Part shown: piece after piece, positions 36,391 to 45,332 of the stretch
Layout of the letters: each line of letters opens with the position of its first letter
Position numbering within the stretch: the stretch's first letter is position 1
NCBI GenBank assembly: GCA_020635195.1
Contig: JACKAG010000002.1
Location: forward strand, 120,671 to 184,670
Origin: Deltaproteobacteria bacterium
GTDB taxonomy: Bacteria; Bdellovibrionota_B; Oligoflexia; Oligoflexales; Bog-1112
Length of the DNA: 64,000 nucleotides
Direction: 5' to 3'
The notes under the pieces: model-generated
Databases searched by the model: none
What the model was told of the DNA's origin: nothing
The model's input: only the letters and a program-made list of their open reading frames with translations
Program-made: the position numbers and the translations under genes

Positions 36391-37653
36391 TCAGTCCGCC
36401 GGTGGGCGCAGATCTTGTCCTATAGCGTAAATTTCCGGACATGACTCTGCTTCTTTTAGCCAGGTATTCAGGTGCCCTGCTTTTCCTCTCTCCATTGAGA
36501 AGCCCTGTATGATCTGATCTTTCATAGGGATAAGAAGTCTGTCATGTAAGATGTTATGAATTCTGGAGCGATCTTTTCTTCCGTACCATGCCACAGGTGC
36601 AGGAACTTTAAATTCAACCGTCACACTATCCTTTGGATAGGCTGCAAAGGCGGTTCCCGAATCGTTTCGGAAATAGATATCAAGAGGAATGAAATCTGAC
36701 TTTTTATGCCAGACAGGTCTGTGAAAACGGACATTTTCATCCATTGTGATCTGATACTGAACGGAAAGGAATTTCTGATCCGGGGGAACAGGCCGTGTTT
36801 TTTTGAAAAATCTGGAAAATAAGCCGGATTTTTCTTTTTTATGAGTGACTGCTAAGGGATATTGCTTTTCATCAAAAGCAAGGGCCTTACGGTTATAGCT
36901 TATGACCCATAATGGTTTCAGAAAGGCAGGATTACGCTTTGCAAGGAAATGAATGGTATCCAGAAGCATTTTGTCTTGTCCGGGGGGATTGAGTTTCTTT
37001 TTTTCTGATTCTTCGAGAATTTCTGAGAATAATTTTTCAGCGTTTCGGCTGCCAGGTCGGACAGAAAAAAGCCGGATCAGCAGTGCATCAGGGACAGAAA
37101 TTCGGTATTTATGCACAGAATGTTCTTCTGACGGGCTTGGATTTTTTATTTTAAGCTCAAGGATTCCGGACGTTCTGCTGGCCTCAGAACGCATTATAGC
37201 CGAGATTTCTCCTGAGGGTGATTGCTGATATGTCATATAAAATCGTACCCTCATCCTTAATTTTGTCATGATGCCATGATTAAAAAATCTGGCTGATAAA
37301 CCGTAAAAAGTAACTGTTGCTCGTATTTTACCTGGGTCTTCATGCTCTCTGGAAACAAAGTGGATACCTGACTGCTCTTTGAGAAAATTCTGGATAGAAT
37401 TCCAGCTTTCTTGTCTGAGAACGGATTTTTTTTCCCTGCGGTTATTGGTTGTGTTTGTCTGACCGGATATTTTTCGCAGATCAGTGATGAGCTGTATCCC
37501 TTTATATGTCGGAATCGAGAATTTTTTACAGACTTGTTCTGATCTGAGATAGGACAGCCATTCCGCTCCATTTTCAGATAATGCGATCTCTGCTCCAGAA
37601 GATGTAAAAGACTCAAGGCTCAGAAACAGAAGAAAAATAATGGTGTACTTCAT
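36391..37653 (-). CDS. secreted VTC/CYTH-like (triphosphate-tunnel) domain protein
   Basis: Signal peptide. An ordered series of charged beta-strand motifs resembles bacterial VTC domains: LRMRVRFY, ILELKIKN..VHKYRISV, VISYNRKALAF, YQITMDENVRF, VTVEFKVP. The CDS is solid; the family call is tentative. Confidence 0.45.
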   Translation of the reverse strand: MKYTIIFLLFLSLESFTSSGAEIALSENGAEWLSYLRSEQVCKKFSIPTYKGIQLITDLRKISGQTNTTNNRREKKSVLRQESWNSIQNFLKEQSGIHFVSREHEDPGKIRATVTFYGLSARFFNHGIMTKLRMRVRFYMTYQQSPSGEISAIMRSEASRTSGILELKIKNPSPSEEHSVHKYRISVPDALLIRLFSVRPGSRNAEKLFSEILEESEKKKLNPPGQDKMLLDTIHFLAKRNPAFLKPLWVISYNRKALAFDEKQYPLAVTHKKEKSGLFSRFFKKTRPVPPDQKFLSVQYQITMDENVRFHRPVWHKKSDFIPLDIYFRNDSGTAFAAYPKDSVTVEFKVPAPVAWYGRKDRSRIHNILHDRLLIPMKDQIIQGFSMERGKAGHLNTWLKEAESCPEIYAIGQDLRPPAD

Positions 37654-37674
37654 ACAGACTCCTGTTCTGAAAGA

Positions 37675-40600
37675 TCATAGTCCGGTGAAGTTACCGGGAA
37701 GACCTGAGTAAAGTTCTCCGAGATAATCTGACTGTGAAACCGATGTTTTAACAAGTTCGGATGGGAGAAAAATTTTTTCGTATCGAAGGTAATGTTGTAC
37801 AGGGGGAAGGTGCTGCAGTTTTCCCCAGTGCTGAGCCATGTAGCGTCGTGCTGTCAGTTGCTGAAGATCCTGAAGATTAGAGTAAGATCTGTGAATTCCA
37901 TAAATCTCTCCGATAACGAGCATTCCATCAGATCCGAGGTATTGCTCAAGAGCTTTCGTTCCAATATTCGAATTATAGAAGGCATAGATAAAATCAAGAA
38001 GTGCAGAAGCCATTTTTCTATGATCTCGATGCTCCGCAGAAATCATATTCTGTATCTTTAAAAATTTTTTAAACAAGGTTCTTCTTCGAAAAAAAAGAGC
38101 TTTTTTCTGTATCTGATTCAGCTGGATGTTGCAGTGTGTTTGAATATTTTCTTTTGAAAAAAACGATCGTACAAACTCTTTAAACTCCTGGTAATCCTGA
38201 TCTCGTATACGTTCCAGTAAGGTTCCTCCATCGATGAGAATTCTTGTTTTTGCATAAATTTTTTTATATTTCGGGGCGAATATTTCATCAGGAAGCTGTC
38301 TTTCTTCATAAAAGATTCCCCCTTCTGGTGAATACCTTCGGTTAAGTTCATTGATCAGACGATACACTCCGTCTCTTTTCAGGCTTCTGTGGTAATCCGT
38401 TACATCGATGACTCCAACGCAGTTCATAGGATTATCTTCGTCCATTTCAATCCACAAACGCTTACTGTTTCCAAGAGGAACCAGAATATTTTTTTCGCCA
38501 AAGTCAGGCGTGATTTTTTCGATCCCGACCACGCTCTTTTTTGTTACCGACTGCCTGATAAAAGACTTTTTGTCTCCGTTGTTTCGCTCTATCATCACAG
38601 CGTCAGAACTTTTCTGACGAAAGTAATCAAAGATAAATCCGATGTGAAAATCCTTTATTTTTGTTTTATGATAGCCTGTTATCTGAAATTTTTTTATGAA
38701 TCCATCTTCTTCATTGAGGGACTGGTCGAACGGAAGGTGGCTGGGATGATGAATTAAGTTTTTTAACTTTTTATAATATTTTTTATAGTGATACTCACCA
38801 ATCGCTGTTGCAGAAAGATAACGATCAAAACCCGGAGGAGACAGGACGAAATCCTGTAAATTCTGTTTCTGTTTCTGTATTGATGCTGCTATATGGAGGA
38901 GTGAACGCCTTGTTGCAACAATATTAAGATCAAGAAGATTAAGGCGACCAGAGGCTCCGGAGGATTTTATGGCTTCCTGAATCAGGTGTATCGATCCATA
39001 CTGATCTTTTAATATATTTTTTGGATGACTCTGTATCCAGTGGATCGCTGCCCCGGCTCCGGAGCTGATGACAGGAACATCTTTGACGGGGAATCGTGCA
39101 TCTACGTCTGACGCAAGAGAAATACCCCATGCTGTTTCCTGCCGCCAGACCTCCAGGGGTTTCATGTCAACCAGAGCATATTTAGCAGGATTTTTCATAA
39201 GACGGAATAATCTGAATGGGCGCAGATAGGCTTTTTTAACTGTTTCTGCAAACTGAATCATCTGAAATTGCATTTTAAAAACTTCGAATGAGGCAGAGAC
39301 AGAAACGGGAAACCAGCTGAGTAATTTATTGAGTAGTCCGGAGGACACCCCAATATTAAAACTGAGTGTGTCCGTGATCATATAGGGATGTCCTTTCATG
39401 TTTCCTTTCTTATCCGGAGCTGATAAAAGCTGTGGTGAAATCCCGACAGAGCGACTCAGACTGACACTGATGCCGGTGCCAAGAGAGTGTTCGCCAAGAA
39501 TCTGATGATCTGCCGCGGAAGGAAGGTCGGCTTCTGCATGTGTGTGATTGTTCAGGATATGACTTTGATTATTTTTGACTTTTGTCTGGTAATGCAGATT
39601 GAGTCTTTGAGTGATGGTGTCCTGACTGATGATTGATCCAAGTAACCCGGTCAGAAATGTAATCCATGTTTGCTGAGTCAGGACAAAATCATTTTTCCCT
39701 TCAAATGCTGTCTGAACAACACGGCCTTTTTTTACGGCACCGTCGATATTAATGCTTTTAAGATCCGGAATTTCAAAAAGATCATATTCTTTTTCAAGCT
39801 GGAAAGATTTTATAATTTCATTACGCCTTTGCATGATCTTGATGCTATAAACCCTCTGTACAGCATCTGGCATTCCTGATAAATAAAGTGATTTTTTGAT
39901 TTCTTCTGAGCTAATACTGGCAATTTTTCTTGCCATCCATTTGAGATCATTCCAGTCTGAATATTTGTCGACACTTTTTTTTCTGTAAAAATCATTCCAT
40001 CGTATTTTTATATCTCCGGAAGAGTTTGTTTTTATCATACTCTTTTCAAACTCATTTACTTTGTATTTATCGCTGATATTGAGAATATGAGATGGTTTTC
40101 TCAATAGCATGCAGGGGCCAAGGGCGAACCCTGTATCCTGAAGTCGGATCAGGGGCTTCATACCTTCTTCTGTTTTTTTTAAGATAAATTTATAGTTTTC
40201 TGCCTTTGTATCATTGATGTTTAGCCATGCTTTCCAGAGTAAATGACCGCGAAACTCCCTCCGAAGCGGCAGGTCCCAGCTTCCCGGATCAGCAGAGGAA
40301 ACCCGTAGCTCATCGTCGGGGTGGATTTCAATCAGAGCGTCATTAAGAACAAACCATTCCTCACCCCCCGGATCTTTTCCGTGAGAAATGACCAGCCGGA
40401 TCAGGTCTTTTAATCCGTACTTTTGGATAAATCTTGATCGGAAATCTTCATAGCTAAGATCGCCAAGCCATATTTTCAGCATAGGTTCGTAGCGCATATG
40501 ATCGTGGTTAAAACCAGCATACTGACCCAACATACTGACTGCAATTTCGGTGTGGACTTCTGGACCGAATTTGATTTTGACTTTATAAAAGCGGTCTGAT

Positions 40601-41487
40601 TTTCTATATAACCCTGTAATTTTAGGTGAAAAGTTTCCTTTGAAGCGGACTCTCTTAAAGGTGATTTTTGTGGATTTGTCTGGATAGTCTTCACGATATT
40701 CCTGGCCGATATGTTTGCGATATTCAGGATCAGGGCTGGTCCAGAAAGGGCTGATTCCGGGATCAAGCAGGGAAAGATCAAAGTGGCATGCCGGGCTTTT
40801 GAGAATACGTAGTTCATCTGGGGTGAGAAATTTTCCTGCTTTTATATTATATCCGAGACAATGAGCGATCTGTTCTTTGTATGCATCTGATGTGACCAGA
40901 TTGATTGCATCAGGATTTTTTTCGTTATTTTTTTTACGAATGTAGTGAGAACGAAACATATTTTTAATAATTGGTGACATGTCTTTATCATAATTCCAGT
41001 AAGTTCTGTGAGCTTTTGGGGAAAAAAAACTAAGGTATCCACGGATAAAAGTATCGATGGCTGCCTGAATACGGTCAGATGAAGGATCATTTTCTCTGAT
41101 TCTTTCTGAGATGATCTTAGCCATGGGCAGTAGATACTCGTCAAAGACAAAAATGATAGGATGTGTATTTTTATTTTTTAAAGCGGATGTATGTGAGCTC
41201 AGATCAGTTTTGACATCGATGTTGACTTTTTCTGTAAATTTAGTCTCATAAAGATCTTTTTCAATAAAGTTTCGTTCCTGAATGAGCCGCTGAATGAATG
41301 CGTCAGCTTTTTCAGACGAAAAGAGGCCATTCTCTTTAAATGTTTCTTCGATAAAGTCGTCAGAGAGAGATTTTATTTCTGATGTACTGTGGTCGCGGCT
41401 GATGAGAAAAGGGTGAGCAAATATTTTTCCGTAAAAATAAACGGAGAAAAAAAATATCAGAGACCATCGCGCAACTATATTTTGCAA
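37675..41487 (-). CDS. 1270-aa secreted protein with a CotH-like / protein-kinase-like core (aa ~275-460)
   Basis: Signal peptide. VRFKGNFS...RFYKVKIKFG (Lys strand), EVHTEIAVS (acidic helix), NDTKAENY (D-x-K-x-x-N) and, 20 aa later, LQDTGFALG (DFG-like). The remaining ~800 aa are unrecognised. The CDS is very likely real; the function is inferred. Confidence 0.5.
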   Translation of the reverse strand: MQNIVARWSLIFFFSVYFYGKIFAHPFLISRDHSTSEIKSLSDDFIEETFKENGLFSSEKADAFIQRLIQERNFIEKDLYETKFTEKVNIDVKTDLSSHTSALKNKNTHPIIFVFDEYLLPMAKIISERIRENDPSSDRIQAAIDTFIRGYLSFFSPKAHRTYWNYDKDMSPIIKNMFRSHYIRKKNNEKNPDAINLVTSDAYKEQIAHCLGYNIKAGKFLTPDELRILKSPACHFDLSLLDPGISPFWTSPDPEYRKHIGQEYREDYPDKSTKITFKRVRFKGNFSPKITGLYRKSDRFYKVKIKFGPEVHTEIAVSMLGQYAGFNHDHMRYEPMLKIWLGDLSYEDFRSRFIQKYGLKDLIRLVISHGKDPGGEEWFVLNDALIEIHPDDELRVSSADPGSWDLPLRREFRGHLLWKAWLNINDTKAENYKFILKKTEEGMKPLIRLQDTGFALGPCMLLRKPSHILNISDKYKVNEFEKSMIKTNSSGDIKIRWNDFYRKKSVDKYSDWNDLKWMARKIASISSEEIKKSLYLSGMPDAVQRVYSIKIMQRRNEIIKSFQLEKEYDLFEIPDLKSINIDGAVKKGRVVQTAFEGKNDFVLTQQTWITFLTGLLGSIISQDTITQRLNLHYQTKVKNNQSHILNNHTHAEADLPSAADHQILGEHSLGTGISVSLSRSVGISPQLLSAPDKKGNMKGHPYMITDTLSFNIGVSSGLLNKLLSWFPVSVSASFEVFKMQFQMIQFAETVKKAYLRPFRLFRLMKNPAKYALVDMKPLEVWRQETAWGISLASDVDARFPVKDVPVISSGAGAAIHWIQSHPKNILKDQYGSIHLIQEAIKSSGASGRLNLLDLNIVATRRSLLHIAASIQKQKQNLQDFVLSPPGFDRYLSATAIGEYHYKKYYKKLKNLIHHPSHLPFDQSLNEEDGFIKKFQITGYHKTKIKDFHIGFIFDYFRQKSSDAVMIERNNGDKKSFIRQSVTKKSVVGIEKITPDFGEKNILVPLGNSKRLWIEMDEDNPMNCVGVIDVTDYHRSLKRDGVYRLINELNRRYSPEGGIFYEERQLPDEIFAPKYKKIYAKTRILIDGGTLLERIRDQDYQEFKEFVRSFFSKENIQTHCNIQLNQIQKKALFFRRRTLFKKFLKIQNMISAEHRDHRKMASALLDFIYAFYNSNIGTKALEQYLGSDGMLVIGEIYGIHRSYSNLQDLQQLTARRYMAQHWGKLQHLPPVQHYLRYEKIFLPSELVKTSVSQSDYLGELYSGLPGNFTGL

Positions 41488-41592
41488 CGTCAGAACTCCT
41501 TGTTTTTTATTAAAACTGAAGCACGGACTAAAGATATCAGTAAAGTGAGTTATGATGACAGAACAAAATAAAAGAGAGAGAACAAAATATAT

Positions 41593-42603
41593 TTAATTGA
41601 GGACGTAGCGGAACATTCCACGGATATTTATTTTTTTTCCGAAGGAATGAGGCAGGGGAGCAAAGGGAGCAGCCATCCGGACAGCTTCCATAATTGCAGA
41701 ATCAAGAATTTTATGTCCGGAAGAATCCAGCACCATAATTTTTGATACCTTTCCGTCATGATTGATTGTGAATTTCAGGAAAACATTGCCATATAATCTT
41801 TTTCTGACAGCGTTGGATGGATACACCCAGGCGAGTTCGATGGCTTTTCTCAGGCTGGTAAAGTATCCAATATACCTGTATTCTTGTGTATTCAGATCGA
41901 GAACCTGTCCTGCTTCGATGCTGTCATCTATATAGTCCTGGTAGCCGGCAGCGACCTCTTCTGCCATGACGGGAAGTGAGTTACCCAGTAATCTTTCGTA
42001 GTTGTTTTGTTCTTTTGCATCTTTTCCGGAGTGCAACTGAAGGCCAGCTCCTGTCTCGGAAATTTTCAAACCTGATTTTAAAAGAGATTTGTGGCTTTTC
42101 TGATTCTTTGCTGCCAGAGTCTTTTCTGGCTGTTTGTTCTGTCTTGGTGTTTTTTTTCTGGCTATTTGTTGCTGCTGTGGGGCGGTGACTGTTTGTTTGC
42201 TGGAGGGACCAGGGGTTCTGGCCCGACTTATTTTTTTTACTCTGGTTTCTTTCTCTGTCTGATGGGTCTGGTATCCCAGTCTTGCCTGCTTTGGGTCTGG
42301 TGCTTTCGTGGTTTTTTTCTGGATCACTTCTGCAATTTGTTTTGTGGGTTTTTCCTTTTCTCTGTTCTGATCATCTTTTTGTTCTGCTTTTTTTGCTTCA
42401 GCGGAGGGCTTTTGAAATGTAATCCGGACGAGAGTTGGTTTCTGTGGCGGATTTTCTGGAAAATAATTATGATATTCTGAAGATAGAAGAAGCAGGCTGA
42501 TCATATGAATGAGCCAGGAGATGCCCATAAAGCTCAGAATGAGCCATAAGCCCGATGATGGCATCCGGAGCCCTGATCTTGTGTGATCTCGCTGCTCTCC
42601 CAC
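41593..42603 (-). CDS. TonB C-terminal-domain protein with Lys/Gln/Pro-rich linker
   Basis: TM helix, a low-complexity basic linker, and a C-terminal GNVFLKFTINHDGKVSKIMVLDSSGHKILDSAIMEAVRMAAPFAPLP (TonB_C pattern). GTG 42603 or an internal ATG start. Confidence 0.6.
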   Translation of the reverse strand: MGEQRDHTRSGLRMPSSGLWLILSFMGISWLIHMISLLLLSSEYHNYFPENPPQKPTLVRITFQKPSAEAKKAEQKDDQNREKEKPTKQIAEVIQKKTTKAPDPKQARLGYQTHQTEKETRVKKISRARTPGPSSKQTVTAPQQQQIARKKTPRQNKQPEKTLAAKNQKSHKSLLKSGLKISETGAGLQLHSGKDAKEQNNYERLLGNSLPVMAEEVAAGYQDYIDDSIEAGQVLDLNTQEYRYIGYFTSLRKAIELAWVYPSNAVRKRLYGNVFLKFTINHDGKVSKIMVLDSSGHKILDSAIMEAVRMAAPFAPLPHSFGKKINIRGMFRYVLN

Positions 42604-42627
42604 CCTTTTTGCTCCTCAGATTCTGAC

Positions 42628-42675
42628 TATGCTATCCTGAAATAAAAAATCTTGTTTTTATTTCAGGATAGCATA
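42628..42675. other. perfect 21-bp inverted repeat with 6-nt loop
   Basis: tatgctatcctgaaataaaaa-atcttg-tttttatttcaggatagcata, with every position paired when checked base by base. Lies between divergent genes. Confidence 0.9.
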
Positions 42676-42844
42676 CAACCTAGTGGCTCCACTTCTTTTT
42701 CCTGTGGAATTTGTCGGCCCGGTAAGCTTCTCCTGCTTCAGGCTGGCTTTGCCGGCAGGGAGCTCTGCTCTCCCCATATGACACCCACTGTTATCGGTAG
42801 GAAGTGAGTGGATTTAAGAGATAATCCCAAATTCAGGAGGCTTC

Positions 42845-43630
42845 ATGCTCAGGATGGCTCTAACCTCGCTTATATGCGTGGGACTTCTGCTGGCTTGTAC
42901 TGCAAAAGATTTTGATCCGGAAAACCCCGGACGTTCGTATGTTATTGCCAAAGAACCGTATGATGATGGAAATTATGAGCTTGCCATCACGAAACTGGGA
43001 GAGTTTACATCGGTTTTTCCGTATAGCGAGTATGCGAAAGAGGCTGCTTTGCTGATAGCCGATGCACATTTTCAGATAAAACACTATCCGGAAGCAGCGG
43101 ATGCGTATCATCGCTTTGTCACCCTGCATCCGCAGCATTCGCAGTGTGCCTTTGCTCAGTTCAGAATAGGTCAGTGTTATTGGAACGATGCCTCAAAGGA
43201 TGCTGACCGGGATCTCGAATTTATCAGTAAAGCCATCAGGGCATGGGAATTGCTGATAAAGGAGTATCCGAAGTCCTCTTATGTTGATCAGGCAAGGAAG
43301 CTGATAGAGCAGGGACGAGAGCTTCATGTTCTGGGAGAAGAGTTCGTAGCAGATTTTTACTGTCGCCAGGAAATCTGGCATGCCTGTGCGTACAGGCATA
43401 TACAGCTGGCAGATACTGCTCCAGCCCGCTATCAGGAGCAGATTATCAATTCTCTGGAAAAAGCAGCAGAGGCTCTCCGGCGTTTGTCTGAGGCATGGAC
43501 AAAAGATCAGGAGGATAAGAACCTCTATTTTAAGAATATGTCGTCCGCTGAACTGCGTCAGCAGTCGGAAAAGATGAAACATAAAGCGGCTCAGCTTCGC
43601 AAATTACGGCGATCTTCTGAAACTACATAA
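42845..43630 (+). CDS. bamD: outer-membrane protein assembly factor BamD (TPR lipoprotein)
   Basis: Lipobox LLAC. TPR-like pattern YVIAKEPYDDGNYELAITKLGEFTSVFPYSEYAKEAALLIADAHF typical of BamD/YfiO. Confidence 0.8.
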   Translation: MLRMALTSLICVGLLLACTAKDFDPENPGRSYVIAKEPYDDGNYELAITKLGEFTSVFPYSEYAKEAALLIADAHFQIKHYPEAADAYHRFVTLHPQHSQCAFAQFRIGQCYWNDASKDADRDLEFISKAIRAWELLIKEYPKSSYVDQARKLIEQGRELHVLGEEFVADFYCRQEIWHACAYRHIQLADTAPARYQEQIINSLEKAAEALRRLSEAWTKDQEDKNLYFKNMSSAELRQQSEKMKHKAAQLRKLRRSSETT

Positions 43631-44357
43631 GAAATCTTCCAATACAAACAGGAGCCACCCCAGCGACCAGGATGCCGCAGCAGGAAAGAGGGAGACAGTA
43701 GGCCAGAGTTTTTGGATCCAGTATCCGGATCATGATTTCTCTGAAGCATGAGTTGTTTTGTGTCGATTCTGTGGATTCTGTCCCGTATGGCTGGCTGCTC
43801 CTGTTCTGTGGCTGAGTCATGCCAGTGCTGGCTGTGGCTGTGGCTGGGGAGGGATTTATGATCCGTGGACGGAGCAGCTGTTCTTTCTTAACGAATTCAT
43901 CTAACAGGTGTTTAAAATCATCATTAAGTTTGGGGTGGATTTTGGCAAGAAGGCATTTTGTCTCTTGCTCCGGATCATGTTGCTTGTCTGTGGTGATTGG
44001 AGCTCCGCTTTCCAGAAGGTGCTGGCACCGGGAGCAGATTTGGGTGCGGCACAGAGGGCAGCTTGGGGCAGGTGCGGAACTTGTTAGCAAACAGTGAAGC
44101 AGGCAGGATGGATGCAGCGTTTCAAAGTGCCTATGCACCTCCTCTGAAAAATATGGCATGAAAGGATCTGGAAAGACTTCTTCTTCTATGTATGTGAAGC
44201 AGATAACGCAAGTATTAGGCTGTTCAGCTTCTGCTATGTCTACCGTTGTATGGTCAGAATCGTAGGGGAGATTTTCTGTCGCCAACATGGGCAGGCATAT
44301 TCCTGACAGGAATGTCAGAGGCAGCAGTTTCAGGGACAAATACAGGGCTGTTTTCAT
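43623..44357 (-). CDS. signal-peptide / RING-H2-like Cys-His domain / tail-anchored protein, paralogue 1 of 4
   Basis: MKTALYLSLKLLPLTFLSGICLPMLATEN...CVIC...HFETLHPSC...SCPLCRTQICSRCQHLLE...hydrophobic C-terminus. The 3' end overlaps the bamD 3' end by 8 nt. The CDS is supported by four-fold paralogy; the function is inferred. Confidence 0.6.
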   Translation of the reverse strand: MKTALYLSLKLLPLTFLSGICLPMLATENLPYDSDHTTVDIAEAEQPNTCVICFTYIEEEVFPDPFMPYFSEEVHRHFETLHPSCLLHCLLTSSAPAPSCPLCRTQICSRCQHLLESGAPITTDKQHDPEQETKCLLAKIHPKLNDDFKHLLDEFVKKEQLLRPRIINPSPATATASTGMTQPQNRSSQPYGTESTESTQNNSCFREIMIRILDPKTLAYCLPLSCCGILVAGVAPVCIGRFLM

Positions 44358-44465
44358 AGTTCACCAGATGCTTATGGGGAAATTTCGGGGACTTCAGGCA
44401 GTGCCCCATTGAAACAACGGGCCATTGAAGCATAAAACAGCAGGCATAGCGAGCTTATGGGCGCA
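44358..44465 (-). promoter_or_regulatory. conserved upstream module of paralogue 1
   Basis: Contains the 22-nt box cattgaagcataaaacagcagg (44423-44444, + strand), a second ccattgaa (44406-44413), and the conserved ccagatgcttatg next to the start codon. Confidence 0.5.
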
Positions 44466-44522
44466 CTGGGCTTTGCCAGAGGAGCGCTCAGGGCATTGTA
44501 AGATGCATGTCACGACAAAAAA

Positions 44523-45191
44523 TTATATGGATGTAGATAAAACCGGGACCAAAATAAAGGGAGTCACGACCATTGTGAACATGAGGAGTCTGAACTTAAA
44601 ATCTTTGCAGACAGGGGAAGCTGTGGAGCTGTTGCGGACATCGGAAGCTCTGGAGCTGTCATGAAATCTGAAAGGGCCGGAACACCTCGATTGTACCGAT
44701 TTTTTAATATCATCAGGATTATAGTCATGGCTTGCTGCAAGAGGGCAGTCATCATTTTTAGGAAGAAAAGTTTGCTGGTTTGTTATTAACCGGTCGGAAC
44801 CTTCCAGAAGATGCTGGCACCAGGGGCAGATGGTGGCGCGGCATGCCGGGCAGGATGGGGCAGCTTGGGTGCTTTTTAGCCAGAGGAGCATGCAGGAGGG
44901 GTGCAGCGCTTTAAAACATGAATGTTTTTGCTGTAAATGCCAGGATGTGAGTGGATCGAAAAGATCCGGAGCTACTTGCATTTTTATTTCCTCCAGACAG
45001 ATACAGCACTCTGGAATCTCCTGGGATTCAGACTCTTTTGTCTCTTCAGACTCTGTCATATCTAGCTCGATGTGATCAGGAATATAGTCAGGATAGTGCC
45101 CGGGATTTTCTGTGGCTCGCATGGGCAGACATATTCCAGACAGGAGGATCATAGGCAGAAATTTCAGGTACAAATACAGGGATTTTTTCAT
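44523..45191 (-). CDS. signal-peptide / RING-H2-like Cys-His domain / tail-anchored protein, paralogue 2 of 4
   Basis: CCICLEEI...(26 aa)...CFKALHPSCMLLWLKSTQAAPSCPACRATICPWCQHLLE. This is RING-H2 spacing with 7 of 8 ligand positions filled. Signal peptide and C-terminal TM segment. Confidence 0.6.
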   Translation of the reverse strand: MKKSLYLYLKFLPMILLSGICLPMRATENPGHYPDYIPDHIELDMTESEETKESESQEIPECCICLEEIKMQVAPDLFDPLTSWHLQQKHSCFKALHPSCMLLWLKSTQAAPSCPACRATICPWCQHLLEGSDRLITNQQTFLPKNDDCPLAASHDYNPDDIKKSVQSRCSGPFRFHDSSRASDVRNSSTASPVCKDFKFRLLMFTMVVTPFILVPVLSTSI

Positions 45192-45295
45192 AGTTCACCA
45201 GATACTTATGTGGAAATCTTTGAGGGTTCAATGGCTCTCTGCTAAAATAACGAGCCCCATTGAAGCATAAAACAGCAGGCATGGCGATCCTGTCC
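45192..45295 (-). promoter_or_regulatory. conserved upstream module of paralogue 2
   Basis: 22-nt box at 45258-45279. Inverted pair ttcaatgg (45227-45234) / ccattgaa (45257-45264). Confidence 0.5.
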
Positions 45296-45332
45296 GGAGT
45301 CTTATCTGACTGTGTCTGCCAGACAGATTTTC

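Noticed and set aside
28967-42700. Classical integrase-borne genomic island at the tRNA
   Set aside because: No integrase, transposase or phage gene is present, and I could not find a direct repeat of the tRNA 3' end near 42.6-42.9 kb by eye. Only the compositional shift remains, and it is reported as a low-to-moderate finding.
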